Positions 1 through 11,209 of a stretch of DNA of 64,000 nucleotides are shown here, one piece after another. Each line of letters starts with the position of its first letter. The stretch's first letter is position 1. This stretch comes from Octopus sinensis (Eukaryota), in NCBI RefSeq assembly GCF_006345805.1, contig NC_043020.1, positions 26,970,001-27,034,000 on the forward strand. The letters are read 5' to 3'. The notes beneath the pieces were generated by a model. The model made no database searches. It was not told where the DNA came from and saw nothing but the letters and a program-made list of their open reading frames with translations. Made by a program: the position numbers and the translations under genes.

Positions 1-214
1 GACTTTCCTACCATCTTAAATAGTTGCCCGTTTTTGAAAACGCGTTCTCACATAAAAAGAAAATAAGTTACTTGCCAAACAGGCAACCAGTCAACAAACA
101 CGTGTATTTGTATGTGCCCCCTACACACAGACACACACCACACACACACACACTAGTATATCTTTGAATAAGTACCAGACTTTGATAAGAAAGAATAATT
201 CAACGCAAGAGTTG

Positions 215-292
215 ATTCTAAATATATATCGATCCACAAAGGATAATAGGCGAAGTTTGACCAAGATGGGATTCGAACCTGGTGAGCAGAGA
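215..292 (-). mobile_element. Decayed fragment of SINE family B (tRNA B-box plus GCCTTTCATCC-type central domain)
   Basis: Reverse complement reads ggttcgaatcccatcttggtcaaacttcgcctattatcctttgtggatcgat, a diverged match to gttcaaattccgccgaggtcgactttgcctttcatcctttcggggtcgat in intact copies (15251, 29881, 60056). Confidence 0.5.
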
Positions 293-314
293 GCCGACGC
301 AATGTCTGTCTGTC

Positions 315-875
315 GTCGTGGCTCTGTAGGAAGTTTGTTTCCCAACCACACGGTGCCGGATTCAGTCCCACTGCAAAACAATTTGGGCAAATGTTGCCTC
401 AGACCAACTAAAATCTTAGAAGTGGATTTGATTGACGGAAACTAAAAGAAGCCTCTGTGTGTGCGTGTGTGTGTCTGTGCGCCTCTGTTTTTCGTCAACT
501 GCCGCTTGACGACTGGTGTTGTTCTATTTACGTTCCCGGAGACTCTTAGAACAAACATTAATCTTTAAAGAAGTTAACTAGGCGATCCTTCGGTATAGGT
601 ACCGTAAGTACCGTAAGTGGCTTTGTTTACATTTCTGAAGGTAACAGAAACCCTTTTCTCCCACCCTTAACCCTAACACAAACCCTAACCCCCCCCCACA
701 TATATATATATATATAAACACTTTCTTGAAATGTATCCGGTACTTCCGGTACCTATACCGAAGTTACACCGATAGCTAAATACTAGCGACGATTCCTTCG
801 ACAAAAAATTCCCAGTAGACGATACCCCAGCATGGTCGCAGGCTAATAATCGAAGCAAATAAAATATAAGTAGTA
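315..875 (+). mobile_element. SINE family A copy (tRNA-like head, CORE-like ttgggcaa segment, internal (TG)n, ccccagcatgg tail), interrupted by a TIR element
   Basis: Head gtggctctgtaggaagtttgtttcccaaccacacgg...ttcagtcccactgc; gacggaaactaaaagaagcc; tail accccagcatggtcgcag at about 827-842. Confidence 0.75.
581..770. mobile_element. Non-autonomous TIR element with internal telomere-like (TAACCC) motifs, family T1
   Basis: cttcggtataggtaccgtaagtacc near the left end and ggtacttccggtacctataccgaag near the right end are 24/25 inverted matches. Internal taaccctaacacaaaccctaaccc. Second copy in opposite orientation at 32725-32885. Confidence 0.85.
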
Positions 876-1262
876 CAGACGTTTAAACACTCCGTACGTA
901 CGGCCCTCCTAAAACAAAAAAAGAGGAACAAGAAGCGAAAAATCTATAGAATTCTGTGTTTTTGTTTGGGGGAGTGTTTTAAAGCGAATCTGTACATATA
1001 AGAAGATATGAGTACGGGGGGAGGGAAGGAAAAATAGTAGAACGGCGCCTGGTTGGTTCTCGGCAAAGAGTTAATGTATATAGATTGTATGTAATGTATG
1101 CTTATATGAGAGAGGACGAGTGTGAGAAGTGTGCACACCCACACGATAGCTGTGAAAATACGAGGCAATAAATGGTTTTTGGTTGTGTTTGTTATTGGCC
1201 AACGTTCGTCAGTTGAAGAGAGAAAAAGGAAGCAGCGAGTCTCGGTAGCATTCGGCTTGCTA

Positions 1263-1295
<33 letters not shown>

Positions 1296-1313
1296 ATCTT
1301 TCGTTTTAGGCGC

Positions 1314-1500
1314 AGGCGTGGTTTTGTGGTTAGAACGCTTGTTCGCCGACCGTAATGAAATCGGGTTCAGTCCCCAAGTGGGCGATGGCTACTTTGTCCC
1401 CTTCTGACTATACAGCCTCGGAGCCGACCCAAAAGTTTTCAACGGATTTCGGCGGAAGAGAAACTGGGGGAAGGGGGAGGGGAACGAAGGGGGCTGTATG
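1314..1500 (+). mobile_element. SINE family A, 5' half
   Basis: aggcgcaggcgtggttttgtggttagaacgcttg...gggttcagtcccc...tatacagcctcggagccgacccaaa; runs into a microsatellite. Confidence 0.7.
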
Positions 1501-1504
1501 TGTT

Positions 1505-1545
<41 letters not shown>

Positions 1546-1786
1546 TATATATATATGTGTATGTAGATATATGTGTGTGTGGTGTGTGTAAATATGTGTA
1601 TGTAGATATATGTGTGTGTGTGTGTGTAAATATGTGTATGTAGATATATATGTGTGTGTGTGTGTATATATATGTCAGTATGTGTGTGTATGTATATATA
1701 TATGTTAGTATGTGTGTGTGTATGTGTATGTATATATATATGTTAGTATGTGTGTATGTATATATATGTCAGTATGTGTCTATATG

Positions 1787-1821
<35 letters not shown>

Positions 1822-1895
1822 GTGTGTGTGCGTGCGTATATGTGTGTGTGTATGTATATATATATATGTGTGTGTGTGTATACATAGAGAGAGAG
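1500..1895. repeat. Compound (TA)n/(TG)n/(TATG)n microsatellite with short higher-order duplications
   Basis: Directly visible; e.g. atgtgtatgtagatatatgtgtgtgtg recurs at about 39-nt spacing. Confidence 0.95.
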
Positions 1896-2470
1896 AGAGT
1901 AGGCGTAGCATTTAGAAGCAGTATCACTACGTATTGGTTTCTAATGCGATGATGATGATGATGATGACAATAATAATGTTAATAATAATAACAAATAGTG
2001 AATCCGTAATGAGTTATGGCGCCGATTGCGATTCTAACAATAATGGCGTTATGTGTCTGAAGCTATGCGTTCGGTATTCTCGTTTGTTTTAATATGTAAA
2101 TGCTGAGAATAAAGCGTTGGGTCGAATACGTAACAGCATTTGCATATAACACCAGGTTTTTTAATATCGCTTATGCCGAAGATAAATATTAAAATATGCG
2201 TACATATATGATATATTTGTATATGTACACACACATACGTATGTATGTATGTATGTGTATGTATTATTTTGTGCTAATACGTAATACGCATTTGGTGTGT
2301 GTGTATGTGTGTGTATTGGAGGGAGATATATATATACGTGTGTATAAAGAACAACTTGTAGTAGATTAGGTAGGCATTCTCTGGAAAGAATTGCTAATTT
2401 CATTCTCTTTCCCATTCTATAAAACACACACACACACACAATGTGTATATACACTCAAGCGCACATGTAT

Positions 2471-2508
<38 letters not shown>

Positions 2509-2535
2509 CATATATATATCTGTGTGTGTTCTTTT

Positions 2536-2692
2536 ATACTTTTACTTGTTTCGGTCATGCTGGAGCACCGCCTTTAGTCGAATCAAATCGACCCCAGGAC
2601 TTATTCTTTGTAAGCCTAGTACATATTCTATCGGTCTCTTTTGCCGAATCGCTAAGTTACGGGGACCTAAACACACCACGATCGGTTGTCAG
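2536..2692 (-). mobile_element. SINE family A, 3' half
   Basis: ttttacttgtttcggtcatgctggagcaccgcctttagtcgaatcaaatcgaccccaggacttattctttgtaagcctagtac is the reverse complement of the tail of the intact copy at 31536-31933. Confidence 0.9.
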
Positions 2693-2826
2693 GAAGGGTT
2701 TTAGAGTTAGGGAGGGCACCCACCCATAGAAACATTGCCAGATCAGACTGGGCCTGGTGCAGCCTTCTGAACCGTCCAACCCATGCCAGCATGGAAAGCG
2801 GACGCTAAACGATGATGATGATGATA
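2693..2826 (+). mobile_element. SINE/RTE-type family D 3' part ending in (GAT)n
   Basis: gggagggcacccacccatagaaacattgccagatcagactgggcctggtgcagcc...aacccatgccagcatggaaagcggacgctaaacgatgatgat; homologous to 54350-54482. Confidence 0.85.
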
Positions 2827-2980
2827 TATATAAACACACATACACGATATAACGTACATATTCCATGACCGCATATTCGCAGATACCTTTATACGCATAC
2901 ACATATGCACACCCAAACGTCCGTATGTATGTATACGGTGTATATATGTACAGAACTAATTTGTTGCTGCTCTAGACCAA

Positions 2981-3082
2981 GCCATGTCGGTTAGAATGTC
3001 GACTCGATTCCCTGCTCTTCAGGTTTCAATCCCACCTTGGTCAGACTTTGCCTACCATCATTTGTGGATGGATAACTAAAAA
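2981..3082 (+). mobile_element. Decayed SINE family B fragment
   Basis: caggtttcaatcccaccttggtcagactttgcctaccatcatttgtggatggataa matches family B consensus positions. Confidence 0.5.
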
Positions 3083-3444
3083 CCCTGATCATATATATAC
3101 TAGGGCCGATTTGCCCCACCCAGCGTCCAAGTTTCCTTCCTGTCTGTCTCACTTTCTCTAAGTACTCCGGCGGATGTCTCTCTGCATCAATGCATCTTAC
3201 GTCTCCGACAAGAGACCCTCGGCTCGAAACATAAAACACACACACACACAAATGTATATGCAGGTCCATTTGCCGCTACGTGGTTTTTGGGTTTAGGGTC
3301 ACTTCGAGACAACGTGGGGCAAAACACAAAATCCTTGGGAATGCATTTGGTAGATGGAAGCTCTAAGGAAGCCCGGCGTAAGCGCGCGCGCGCGCACACA
3401 CACGCACACACACATATATACTCACACATATACACGCGAATATG

Positions 3445-3592
3445 TTTTTCTTTTACTTCTTTTGGTCTTTAAACTGCGGCCATGCGGGTGTTCCGCCTTC
3501 AAGATATTTTACTCGTACGAACCGACCCTGGTACTGTTCCTTAAAGCTTTGTACTTAATATATCAAGCTACGTTTACCGAACCGTTAAGTCA
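3445..3592 (-). mobile_element. SINE family A, 3' half (decayed)
   Basis: ttttacttcttttggtctttaaactgcggccatgcgggtgttccgccttcaag...accgaaccgttaagt. Confidence 0.75.
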
Positions 3593-3644
3593 AACTAAGT
3601 TATGCATGTTTATGCATACATATGTGTCTGCCTGTCTCTCTTCT

Positions 3645-3822
3645 CTCCCAACTGTTTGATAACTGGTGTTTGTTCGCTTACGTCCCCGCAAAGTCGTGGT
3701 TCGGCAATAGATATCGATGAAATGTCACCAGATCTGAAAAATAGGGGTTCGACTGTTTCGGTTTAAACCTAAGATGTCACCCCTGCATGGATGCCATCAA
3801 ATGATTGGAGCAAGTAACAGAT
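3645..3822 (+). mobile_element. SINE family A, 3' half (decayed)
   Basis: ttgataactggtgtttgttcgcttacgtccccgcaa...ggttcggcaa...cccctgcatggatgccatcaaatgattggagcaagtaacaga. Confidence 0.7.
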
Positions 3823-3825
3823 ATA

Positions 3826-4003
3826 AGTATATATATGCATATATATATATATATATATATAGTATATATATATATCATATATATATATATATATATCTAT
3901 ATATATATATAATCATATATATATATATAATATATTATATAGATATATATATAATATATATATATTATATAATCATATAATCATATATATATATATATCA
4001 TAC

Positions 4004-4034
<31 letters not shown>

Positions 4035-4157
4035 TAGATATATATATACATACATAATATATATATATATATATATCATATATAATATATATATATATAT
4101 ATAATCATATATATATATAGATATACATACAGTATATCATCTCTCTCTCTCTCTATC

Positions 4158-4189
<32 letters not shown>

Positions 4190-4363
4190 TTTATAATGAT
4201 ATATATTATATATATTATATACATTATATATTTACGTATAACTATTTATATTATATATATATTACATATATATATATTATATATTACATATATAATATAT
4301 ATATTTATCTATATTATATATAGATATATTATATATTATTATATATCGAGATATATATATATT

Positions 4364-4415
<52 letters not shown>

Positions 4416-4721
4416 ATATAGATTATATTATGCATATTATATATTTAACATATATTATATATACTTATATATATATATTATATATTATATATTTATGTAT
4501 ATATCATATATATTTATTATGTATATTATATATATATTATATTATATATTTTTATATATATCATATATTTATATATATATATATAAATTATTACATATTT
4601 ATATACAATATATTTATATATATATTTATATATATATTATATATGTATATACATTTATTTGTATTATATATGTATAATATATAAAAATATAAATATATAT
4701 ATCTATATCTATATATATATA

Positions 4722-4750
<29 letters not shown>
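3826..4750. repeat. About 0.9-kb almost pure A/T, degenerate (TA)n tract
   Basis: Nearly uninterrupted TA/TTA/ATA units with rare C/G. Confidence 0.97.
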
Positions 4751-4753
<3 letters not shown>

Positions 4754-4769
4754 TATATTTTTAGAACTA

Positions 4770-4930
4770 TATTCCATCCATATTCTATCGGTTACCTATG
4801 TCGAACTGCTAGGTGTCGGGGACGTAAACACACCAATACCGATTGTTGGGCTGTCGTGGGCTACAACAAATACACACACACGTACACAGCTATATACGTG
4901 ACGGGCTTCTTTCAGTTTCCGTCTACACAC
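4770..4930 (-). mobile_element. SINE family A, central part
   Basis: tattctatcggttacctatgtcgaactgctaggtgtcggggacgtaaacacacc...gacgggcttctttcagtttccgtctac. Confidence 0.85.
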
Positions 4931-4966
<36 letters not shown>

Positions 4967-5029
4967 CATATATATATATGCATGTGTATAGGCACATACG
5001 CTCATACACACACATACGTCTCTTCGCAA

Positions 5030-5560
5030 ATTATCTCCCCCCCTTTCTCTGTCCGCCTCTTTCGATCTACCTCTCACTATAACTCCTTCACTCTCTCCTT
5101 TCTCGGAAATGAATCTCCTCTCTCCCCTTCCCCATGCCTTTATTTCTCTCTCTCTGTACATTCCTATCTCTTCCACGTTGCTAACTCCTTCCTCCGCCTC
5201 ACTCTCTCAGTGTACCTGCTACCGCTCCTCTGTACACCTCCCACTTTGTATATAATTACTACCCTTTCCTCCCTCCCCCTCTCTTTATCTCTCTCACTCA
5301 CTCAACCAGACGCTTTAAGCACATACATTCCCTCCCCATCTCTTATCTCGGCCTCCTACCGTCTGCATTCTTCTCTGCCTCCTACCGTAGCGATCTCCTT
5401 ATTCCTCCTACCTCTCACCGTCACTCTACACAACTCCCTCCCACTCCTTCATGACATAGTCTGTCCCCTTCCTCTTCTCCCTGTCATCTCATTGGTCTTT
5501 TGCAATCTTCGCATCCCCCCCTCCTTCGCTCAGCGATTGTCCCACCTTCCCTACATAAAT
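5030..5560 (+). repeat. Cryptically simple polypyrimidine (CT-rich) tract
   Basis: About 530 nt dominated by C/T on the + strand; source of the spurious 243-aa ORF 4856-5587. Confidence 0.9.
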
Positions 5561-5802
5561 AATGTTCAAAGTACACAAAGCGAGTGAGAGAGACTCTGTC
5601 CGTATTATATAATCATACATCCATAATATATTATTACACATTATATAATGCTTAGACACGCACTTACACGCATGCACACACAAATATATATTTGTACACA
5701 CAATACGCGTATACGTGCACATTGTGTATACACACACACACACACACACCCACACAACATATATATATCTATATATACTATATATATATATATATATATA
5801 TA

Positions 5803-5950
5803 CTAAGTAATTAAGGGTTTAGCAACGAATTGCCTCACCACACACCGAATTTAGAAATAGCAGTCAAGAGTTATAGCTATTCTTTCTACTAAAAGGGAGA
5901 TCTCAGTAATGTAATTAATGATTATTCCAAATTAATTAATTTCACCCTAT
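5803..5950. mobile_element. Short element embedded in (TA)n; probable terminus of a microsatellite-associated retroelement
   Basis: (TA)n on both sides. End aaattaattaatttcaccct matches the reverse complement of 63400-63424. Contains the tagaaatagcagtc motif also seen at 61333. Confidence 0.5.
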
Positions 5951-5952
5951 AT

Positions 5953-5984
<32 letters not shown>

Positions 5985-6261
5985 ATATTATATATATATC
6001 AATGTAGGCATTTATATGTATTTGTTTACAGGTGCGCGTGTATATATATGTATATATATATATAATATGCGTGTGTAAAATATAGACAATCTATGCGTAT
6101 GTATATATAATATATTTAAATATATATGGATAGAGGTATAGGCATCCGCATATGTAAACTCGTTATTCACGTGTACGGACACGTGTGCAAGTCTGCAGAT
6201 ATGCATGTGTGTGTTTGAGTACACACACTGGTATCATGTTTGTATATATATATATATATAT

Positions 6262-6420
6262 ATTAAGGTATGTAGAAAAATACAACATGGACAAGAACGT
6301 ATAACTCTTAGAAGACGATACAATAAACACGGACAGGACATTCGAAACCCTCAGTCTTCAGTCAAGAACCGGATCATCGTAGTAATTTCGGCTGATATTC
6401 ATACGTGCCACAACTTATAT
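6262..6420 (-). mobile_element. Penelope-like terminal fragment embedded in (TA)n, with degenerate hammerhead-like core
   Basis: Minus strand CTGAAGA-ctgagggtttc-GAAt-GTC at 6361-6337; (TA)n on both sides. Confidence 0.4.
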
Positions 6421-6431
6421 TATGTACACGC

Positions 6432-6463
<32 letters not shown>

Positions 6464-6720
6464 ATATATATATATAGATACATACATACTCACAATTATA
6501 TAACGCGCTCAAACGGCATAATGTATATGTAGACAAATATAGTATATTACACACACACATATATATATATATATAGTGTTGGCAATGATGTCTACATCGA
6601 AGCTACTGGGTATATATAAGTATATATGTGGGTATATGTTATTCTGATTCGCAAGAACACCGTTCATCGTTGACCTTTGTGTTTACACGCAAAGATATGT
6701 GTATGTATTTATGTGTGTAT

Positions 6721-6820
6721 CTACTAACATCGATGGGAAGACAACAACTCTTTACACACACACACATACACATATATATATATACACGCTTATATATGAC
6801 AGATACGTACATACTTCCCG

Positions 6821-6858
<38 letters not shown>

Positions 6859-6951
6859 ATGTACGTATCTGTCATATATAAGCGTGATATATATATATAT
6901 GTGTATGTGTGTGTGTGTAAAGAGTTGTTGTCTTCCCATCGATGTTAGTAG
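6721..6951. repeat. Near-perfect long inverted repeat (94/95-bp arms, 42-bp TA-rich spacer)
   Basis: 6721-6814 is the reverse complement of 6857-6951 apart from one extra base in a (TA) run. Confidence 0.97.
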
Positions 6952-7050
6952 GGTTCAGTTGAACCTTGGGTAAATTTCCTCTCTTACAACCCCGGGCCTA
7001 TCAAGAGCCTGTAATGAATTTGGTGGGCGGACACTGAAAGAGGCTTATCG
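6952..7050 (+). mobile_element. 5'-truncated SINE family A fragment abutting the right arm of the inverted repeat
   Basis: ggttcagttgaaccttgggtaaatttcctctcttacaaccccgggcc...ggcggacactgaaagaggc. Confidence 0.65.
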
Positions 7051-7089
7051 CAAATTATGCATCCTTTTTCTAATATTTACAACACAATC

Positions 7090-7141
7090 TACATATAATG
7101 AATATAGATATGTATATATATAATGTATGTATGTGTGTATG

Positions 7142-7172
<31 letters not shown>

Positions 7173-7470
7173 ATATATATATATATATATAATGTATGTA
7201 TATATATATAATGTATGTATGTATATATATATAATGTATGTATGTATATGTATATATATATAATGTATGTATGTATATATATATATAATGTATGTATGTA
7301 TATATATATATAATGTATGTAAATATATATATATATGTATGTATGTATATATATATGTATCTATCTTAGACCATTACAGACATATAATACATAATATATA
7401 TATATATACTCTCTCCCATATACATATAGGCATACATACATACATACATACATACATACACGCATATAAT
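7090..7470. repeat. Compound (ATGT)n/(TA)n microsatellite with higher-order periodicity
   Basis: Recurring taatgtatgtatgtatatatatata blocks. Confidence 0.95.
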
Positions 7471-7557
7471 TAGAATATATACACAGTCATTGGACAGTAG
7501 TAATACGTGGCACAGCCTTGAAAATCTATTTTTCTACATAGTTTCCCTACATAGCTG

Positions 7558-7588
<31 letters not shown>

Positions 7589-7879
7589 GTCTTTATTCAC
7601 ACACCCATTCATATTACATTACGATAGTGGCAGTATATATCCGAAGGGAATGGTGGCAGGTGGTTGTATGTACGTGGTGTAGGTAGAAGTGTTTCTTTTT
7701 GTAGTATTGTTTCGATGTGTTGTGGTGGCATTGATCATCTCCCAAGTCATCGCTGATTAGTCTGTCATCAGATGCATTAATTAATGGCTAATCTATTCAG
7801 GAGAATGATTGGTTATCTATCTATCTGTCAGTCTGTCTGTCTATCATTTTTGTTTGTTTGTTTGTCTCTATCCATCGAT

Positions 7880-8056
7880 TTAGCTCTACTATATACACAT
7901 ACATACACGTGTGCTCAGTCACGTCTGCAAACACACATACATACATGAACATGCACACATATATGTATAACTATATACATATATGTGAATACATGTTTAC
8001 GTGTGTATGTGTGTATATATATACACATACATACACGTATGTGCACATACTTACAT

Positions 8057-8119
<63 letters not shown>

Positions 8120-8345
8120 TACATACGTGTATGCACATACATACATATAAATATACACACACACATATATACATGTGTCAATATATGTATATTATATACA
8201 TATGTATATACCTGTATTAATCTTAATGTATGTGTGTGCATACACACACATATACATGCATTATATATATATATGTAATAATAATAATAATAATAATATA
8301 ATAGTAATAATAATGATAATTATTATTATTATTGTTGTTGTTATT
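7880..8345. repeat. Compound (CA)n/(TA)n/(TG)n and (AAT)n/(ATT)n microsatellites
   Basis: Directly visible. Confidence 0.95.
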
Positions 8346-8399
8346 ATGAAAATAATCTGTGAATGATGGCATCGTGAATACCTGTATTTCTCAAGTTCC

Positions 8400-9212
8400 A
8401 TATCCTCTCAAACTTCCCCCTCACAATTGCTTATGTAGCAGACAAATGCCTGCTTCAGCAGAAAAAGCATCTCTACCAACTTGACAACATTTTTATTAAT
8501 TTGTGGGCAGGAGACAGACACCGCCTTCCACATAATGGATGACAGTAATTCATAGTTAAAATATTGGAGACAACCGTGGAAGACTATTGCACTGGGCATA
8601 GCGTTCGCCTGTAAATGAGATTGCCGCCATGTTGTTTTTCGAAAAATCCACAAAAATTCTTTAAAATCTCATTATTTGTGGTGTTGCCCAAGGCTCTCTA
8701 TTGGGTCTACTTCTCTTTGTCTCTTCTCTTGATAGTTTATTGAAAATATATCAGAAATAACGCAGGAGAAGGCAAATGAAAATAAATGTTTAATAAGCAG
8801 ACGACCTCTTATTAGCTGCAAAAGCGTTAGTGGGTGAAATAAAACCGTTTGCTGCATAAACGTGAAAATAAATTTGCTGGACTGAGTAACTAATATTTCC
8901 TCACAAGACCAACATGGTTTTTCTCACGTTTTGTTTTGAATGATCTTATGATCCAACCAAGCGAATCGTCTGCATATTGTTACCGTCTGCGGAATGTGTA
9001 CAATGAATGATGTATCACCACTCATGGCGATTCCCAACCCTTGGTCTTGTGTACCAGCATCTTCATCCTAATCTGTGGGCCAATGAGACCGAACTGTGCA
9101 GTTTACTTCAGCTGATTAACGTATTGAATTCAGGTCTTTCTGTAGGATGGCATTATCATTAGAGTTCTTGACTGTTTCTAAGGCTTTTGTATTGTTAGCG
9201 TAGATTGGTCTG

Positions 9213-9244
<32 letters not shown>

Positions 9245-9665
9245 CCTCAGCGCTATCTCAAACAGCGGTCCCAGTACAGTTTCCCTGGAGGACTCCGCTT
9301 AGAAATGATATCTCCTCAGAGACACCAACGTTAGCTGGCACTGCCTGATTTCTACCTTTCGAAAACGTCCTGCAAGCCGTTCCCCTAGTTTTTCAAGTAT
9401 ACCGAGGTCAATCAGTTTGTGACATGTCCTTTCGAGATCAATAATTTTCAAAGGACTTTATCGAGTCAAAATGACGTAGCAAGCTGTGTGGAAGGAAATC
9501 CTTTGAGAAGGAACTCTTTTGTCGACGGAAGAAGCCATGTTGTGTGTCAGTATGTAGTTACCTTCAAGGAACTGCCTTCTATCAATGCAATCCATGACTC
9601 TGCTGATGTGAGACGCCACAAAGATAGAATTGTATTTCTGAAGGGTCTGACCTGCTTTCTCCTTT
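8400..9665 (+). pseudogene. Degenerate non-LTR retrotransposon ORF2 (reverse transcriptase), CR1/L2-group LINE relic
   Basis: One frame from 8677 reads CGVAQGSLLGLLLFV (RT motif GVPQGSxLGPLLF), then *ADDLLLAA at 8794 ((Y)ADD catalytic motif), then W..*LIFPHKTNMVF. Downstream RRNSF...KELPSINAIHDSADVRRHKDRI resembles the CR1/L2 C-terminus. Many stops; (GA)n insertion at about 9211-9244. Confidence 0.8.
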
Positions 9666-9847
9666 CTGAATGGGGCATAATATGCCCTTTAATATGTGTG
9701 TGTATATATGTATTCATGTGTGTATAAGTGCATTCATGTGTGTATTTCATACGTTCATATCACATCATATCATATATATATATGTATGTGTGTGTGTATT
9801 TGTATTTATACATATGCATACACACGCAGTCTTACTCATATATGTAC

Positions 9848-9884
<37 letters not shown>

Positions 9885-10167
9885 CATTTGATTTATATCT
9901 GCACATACATACACATATGTATGTATACATGTACATTTTTATCCATTTGTTAGCATCACTTATCGGATTCCCACCATGCTGGGGAAGCAACTTGCAAGAG
10001 ACTTCTGGATTCGATCCTATCGTCACCCTTCCACAATTTATCGATCTTTATCTATCTACCCACCCACCCATCTACCTATCTATCTGTCTGTCTATATATA
10101 TACACATCGACAAGATACTTATCTCCGCAATATATGTATTCATATCTTTATGAATAGCATATCATTA

Positions 10168-10320
10168 GAATTACCACCCCATGGGACAATTCCCCCCCAC
10201 CGACGACATCTACCTCCTGGGACAATATATTAGGCAGTTTCAAATCATCATCTGTTGTCCTCAGGGGTAACTGACCGTTGGGGGGTGGTTCTTGTCCACG
10301 GAGGCGGGATAAATGTCATA
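10168..10320. mobile_element. Small MITE-like element with repeated GGACAA/TTGTCC inverted subterminal motifs
   Basis: gggacaattccccccc and ctgggacaat on the left; ttgtcctcagggg and ggggggtggttcttgtcc on the right. Confidence 0.45.
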
Positions 10321-10374
10321 GACTCCTGATAAATGACCACACAGTGACTTGTTAACCTTACAGAGGGACGTACC

Positions 10375-10635
10375 ATGTATGTACACACATCGCTGAACAC
10401 AGTAACACACATACACAGAGTAACACATGTATGTATGTATGCATGGATGTATGCATGGACGTATGCATGTATGTATGCATGTATGTATGGATGTATGTAT
10501 ATGTATATATGCATGTATGTATGTATGTATGTATGTGTATGTATGTATATGTATGTATGTATGCATGTACGCATGTATGAATGTATATGTATGTATGTAT
10601 GTATGTACGCATGTATGTATGTATATGTATGTATG
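10375..10635. repeat. (ATGT)n-type tetranucleotide microsatellite
   Basis: Directly visible. Confidence 0.95.
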
Positions 10636-10979
10636 TACGTATGTATGTATAAACGCGCATGTGCTAAGTGTTTTTGTTCACTTGTATATATACATTGTTG
10701 TATTATTGTTCAAGCGTATAAACAAAGCAAAAAGGTATTTGGAGGACAAATTATGTTTCAATTCCTGATTGGAATTTGGACATTGAGTTCTAAGCATTGG
10801 TTGACCGTTGCGGCAGCATCATTTGAAATTGGGATGTTTACAAACATGTATATATACATGTTTATATAATTTATGTAAAGCTTACACACATATACGTACA
10901 TGGATACATACACAATTGCACAGTTTGTGTGTGTGTATAATAATTTTTTTTCAGCCCTAAGGCTGTGGCCACGCTGGGG

Positions 10980-11130
10980 CACGAGTGGCTGTGTGGTAAG
11001 TAGTTTGCTAACCAACCTCATGGTTCAATCCCATTGCGTGGCACCTTGGGCAAGTGTCTTCTACTATAGCCTCGGGCCGACCAAAGCCTTGTGAGTGGAT
11101 TTGTAGACGGAAACTGAAAAGAAGCCTGTC

Positions 11131-11209
<79 letters not shown>

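Noticed and set aside
667-700. Telomere or telomere-fusion remnant (TAACCC units)
   Set aside because: Only 2-3 units, always internal to the T1/T2/F dispersed elements.
4856-5587. 243-aa ORF and other long ORFs rich in I/Y, C/V, H/T, S/L or S-I-Y-L
   Set aside because: These are translations of (TA)n, (TG)n, (CA)n, (CT)n and (TATC)n tracts, which lack stop codons in some frames.
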